From Priapulus caudatus (Eukaryota), in the NCBI RefSeq assembly GCF_000485595.1, contig NW_014577072.1, positions 1,104,124-1,124,123 on the forward strand: DNA of 20,000 bases, written 5' to 3'. The position numbers and the translations under genes are program-made. The notes below the pieces were generated by a model, which saw only the letters and a program-made list of their open reading frames with translations, had not been told where the DNA came from and ran no database searches. Positions 19,366 to 20,000 of this stretch are shown here, piece by piece. How positions within the stretch are numbered: position 1 is the first letter of the stretch; each line of letters begins with the position of its first letter.

Positions 19366-20000
19366 CTAGAAAGGGCAGTTGTCGCCAACTACATGTATCC
19401 CCCGTGTTCTCCCCAAGATGTGTAAGTATACAAAGTTTGGTCGCGCTAGGTCAATTAGGGGCCGAGTTATGGAGTGGAAGGGAAATATGAAGGTCAAGGT
19501 CAAGGTCAATGTCAAATAAAGGTTGCAGTGACCTGGTTTCAGTACGCGACACACCTTCTCCCCAAGATGCTTAAGTATACCAAGTTTGGTCACGCTAGGT
19601 CAATTAGGGGCCGAGTTATAGAGCAGAAGGGAAATATGATCAAGGTCAAGGTAAAGGTCAAATAAAGGTCGTAGTGACCTGGTTTTGGTACGCGACATAC
19701 CTTCTCCCCAAGATGTGTAAGTATACCAAGTTTGGTAGCGCTAGGTCAATTAGGGGCCGAGTTATAGAGCAGAAGGGAAATATAATCAAGGTCAAGGTAA
19801 AGGTCAAATAAAGGTCGTAGTGACCTGGTTTTGTTTGGTACGTGACACACCTTCTTCCCAAGATGTGTAAGTATACCAAGTTTGGTAGCGCTAGGTCAAT
19901 TAGGGGCCGAGTTATAGAGCAGAAGGGAAATATAATCAAGGTCAAGGTAAAGGTCAAATAAAGGTCGTAGTGACCTGGTTTTGTTTGGTACGTGACACAC
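19366..20000 (-). mobile_element. Helentron/HINE-like element end carrying a ~146-150-bp tandem satellite (4 units, runs off window)
   Basis: CCAAGATG recurs at 19413, 19562, 19708, 19858; minus-strand end reads GGGGGATACAT, hairpin AGTTG-GCGA-CAACT, CTAG, then TT. Confidence 0.7.

Noticed and set aside
18516..20000. AKR first coding exon (expected ...GLGTW)
   Set aside because: No matching codons with a donor found on the minus strand; presumably beyond 20000. ORFs at 19366-19957 are satellite translations.

Overview
Eukaryotic (invertebrate animal-like) genomic DNA with two convergent, intron-rich genes, both cut by the window edges. (1) On + (1-11773), the last 20 coding exons (~1145 aa, all GT-AG, phases consistent) of an animal heme peroxidase with two peroxidase domains in one ORF plus a Cys-rich C-terminal module (double-peroxidase/peroxinectin type, like Drosophila CG10211/Anopheles DBLOX). 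(2) On - (18515-13577), coding exons 2-10 of an AKR1-family aldo-keto reductase with an intact catalytic tetrad. Introns carry many non-autonomous DNA-transposon derivatives: a 737-bp foldback element with a 7-bp TSD inserted in the end of a Harbinger-like relic, a 44-bp element with related termini and its own 7-bp TSD, a three-copy inverted-repeat family and a Helentron-like end with a ~150-bp satellite. There are also micro/minisatellites, a 23-bp tandem array built from a splice donor, and two assembly gaps. Most long ORFs in the track are repeat artefacts. All counts and alignments were made by eye; family comparisons are from memory.
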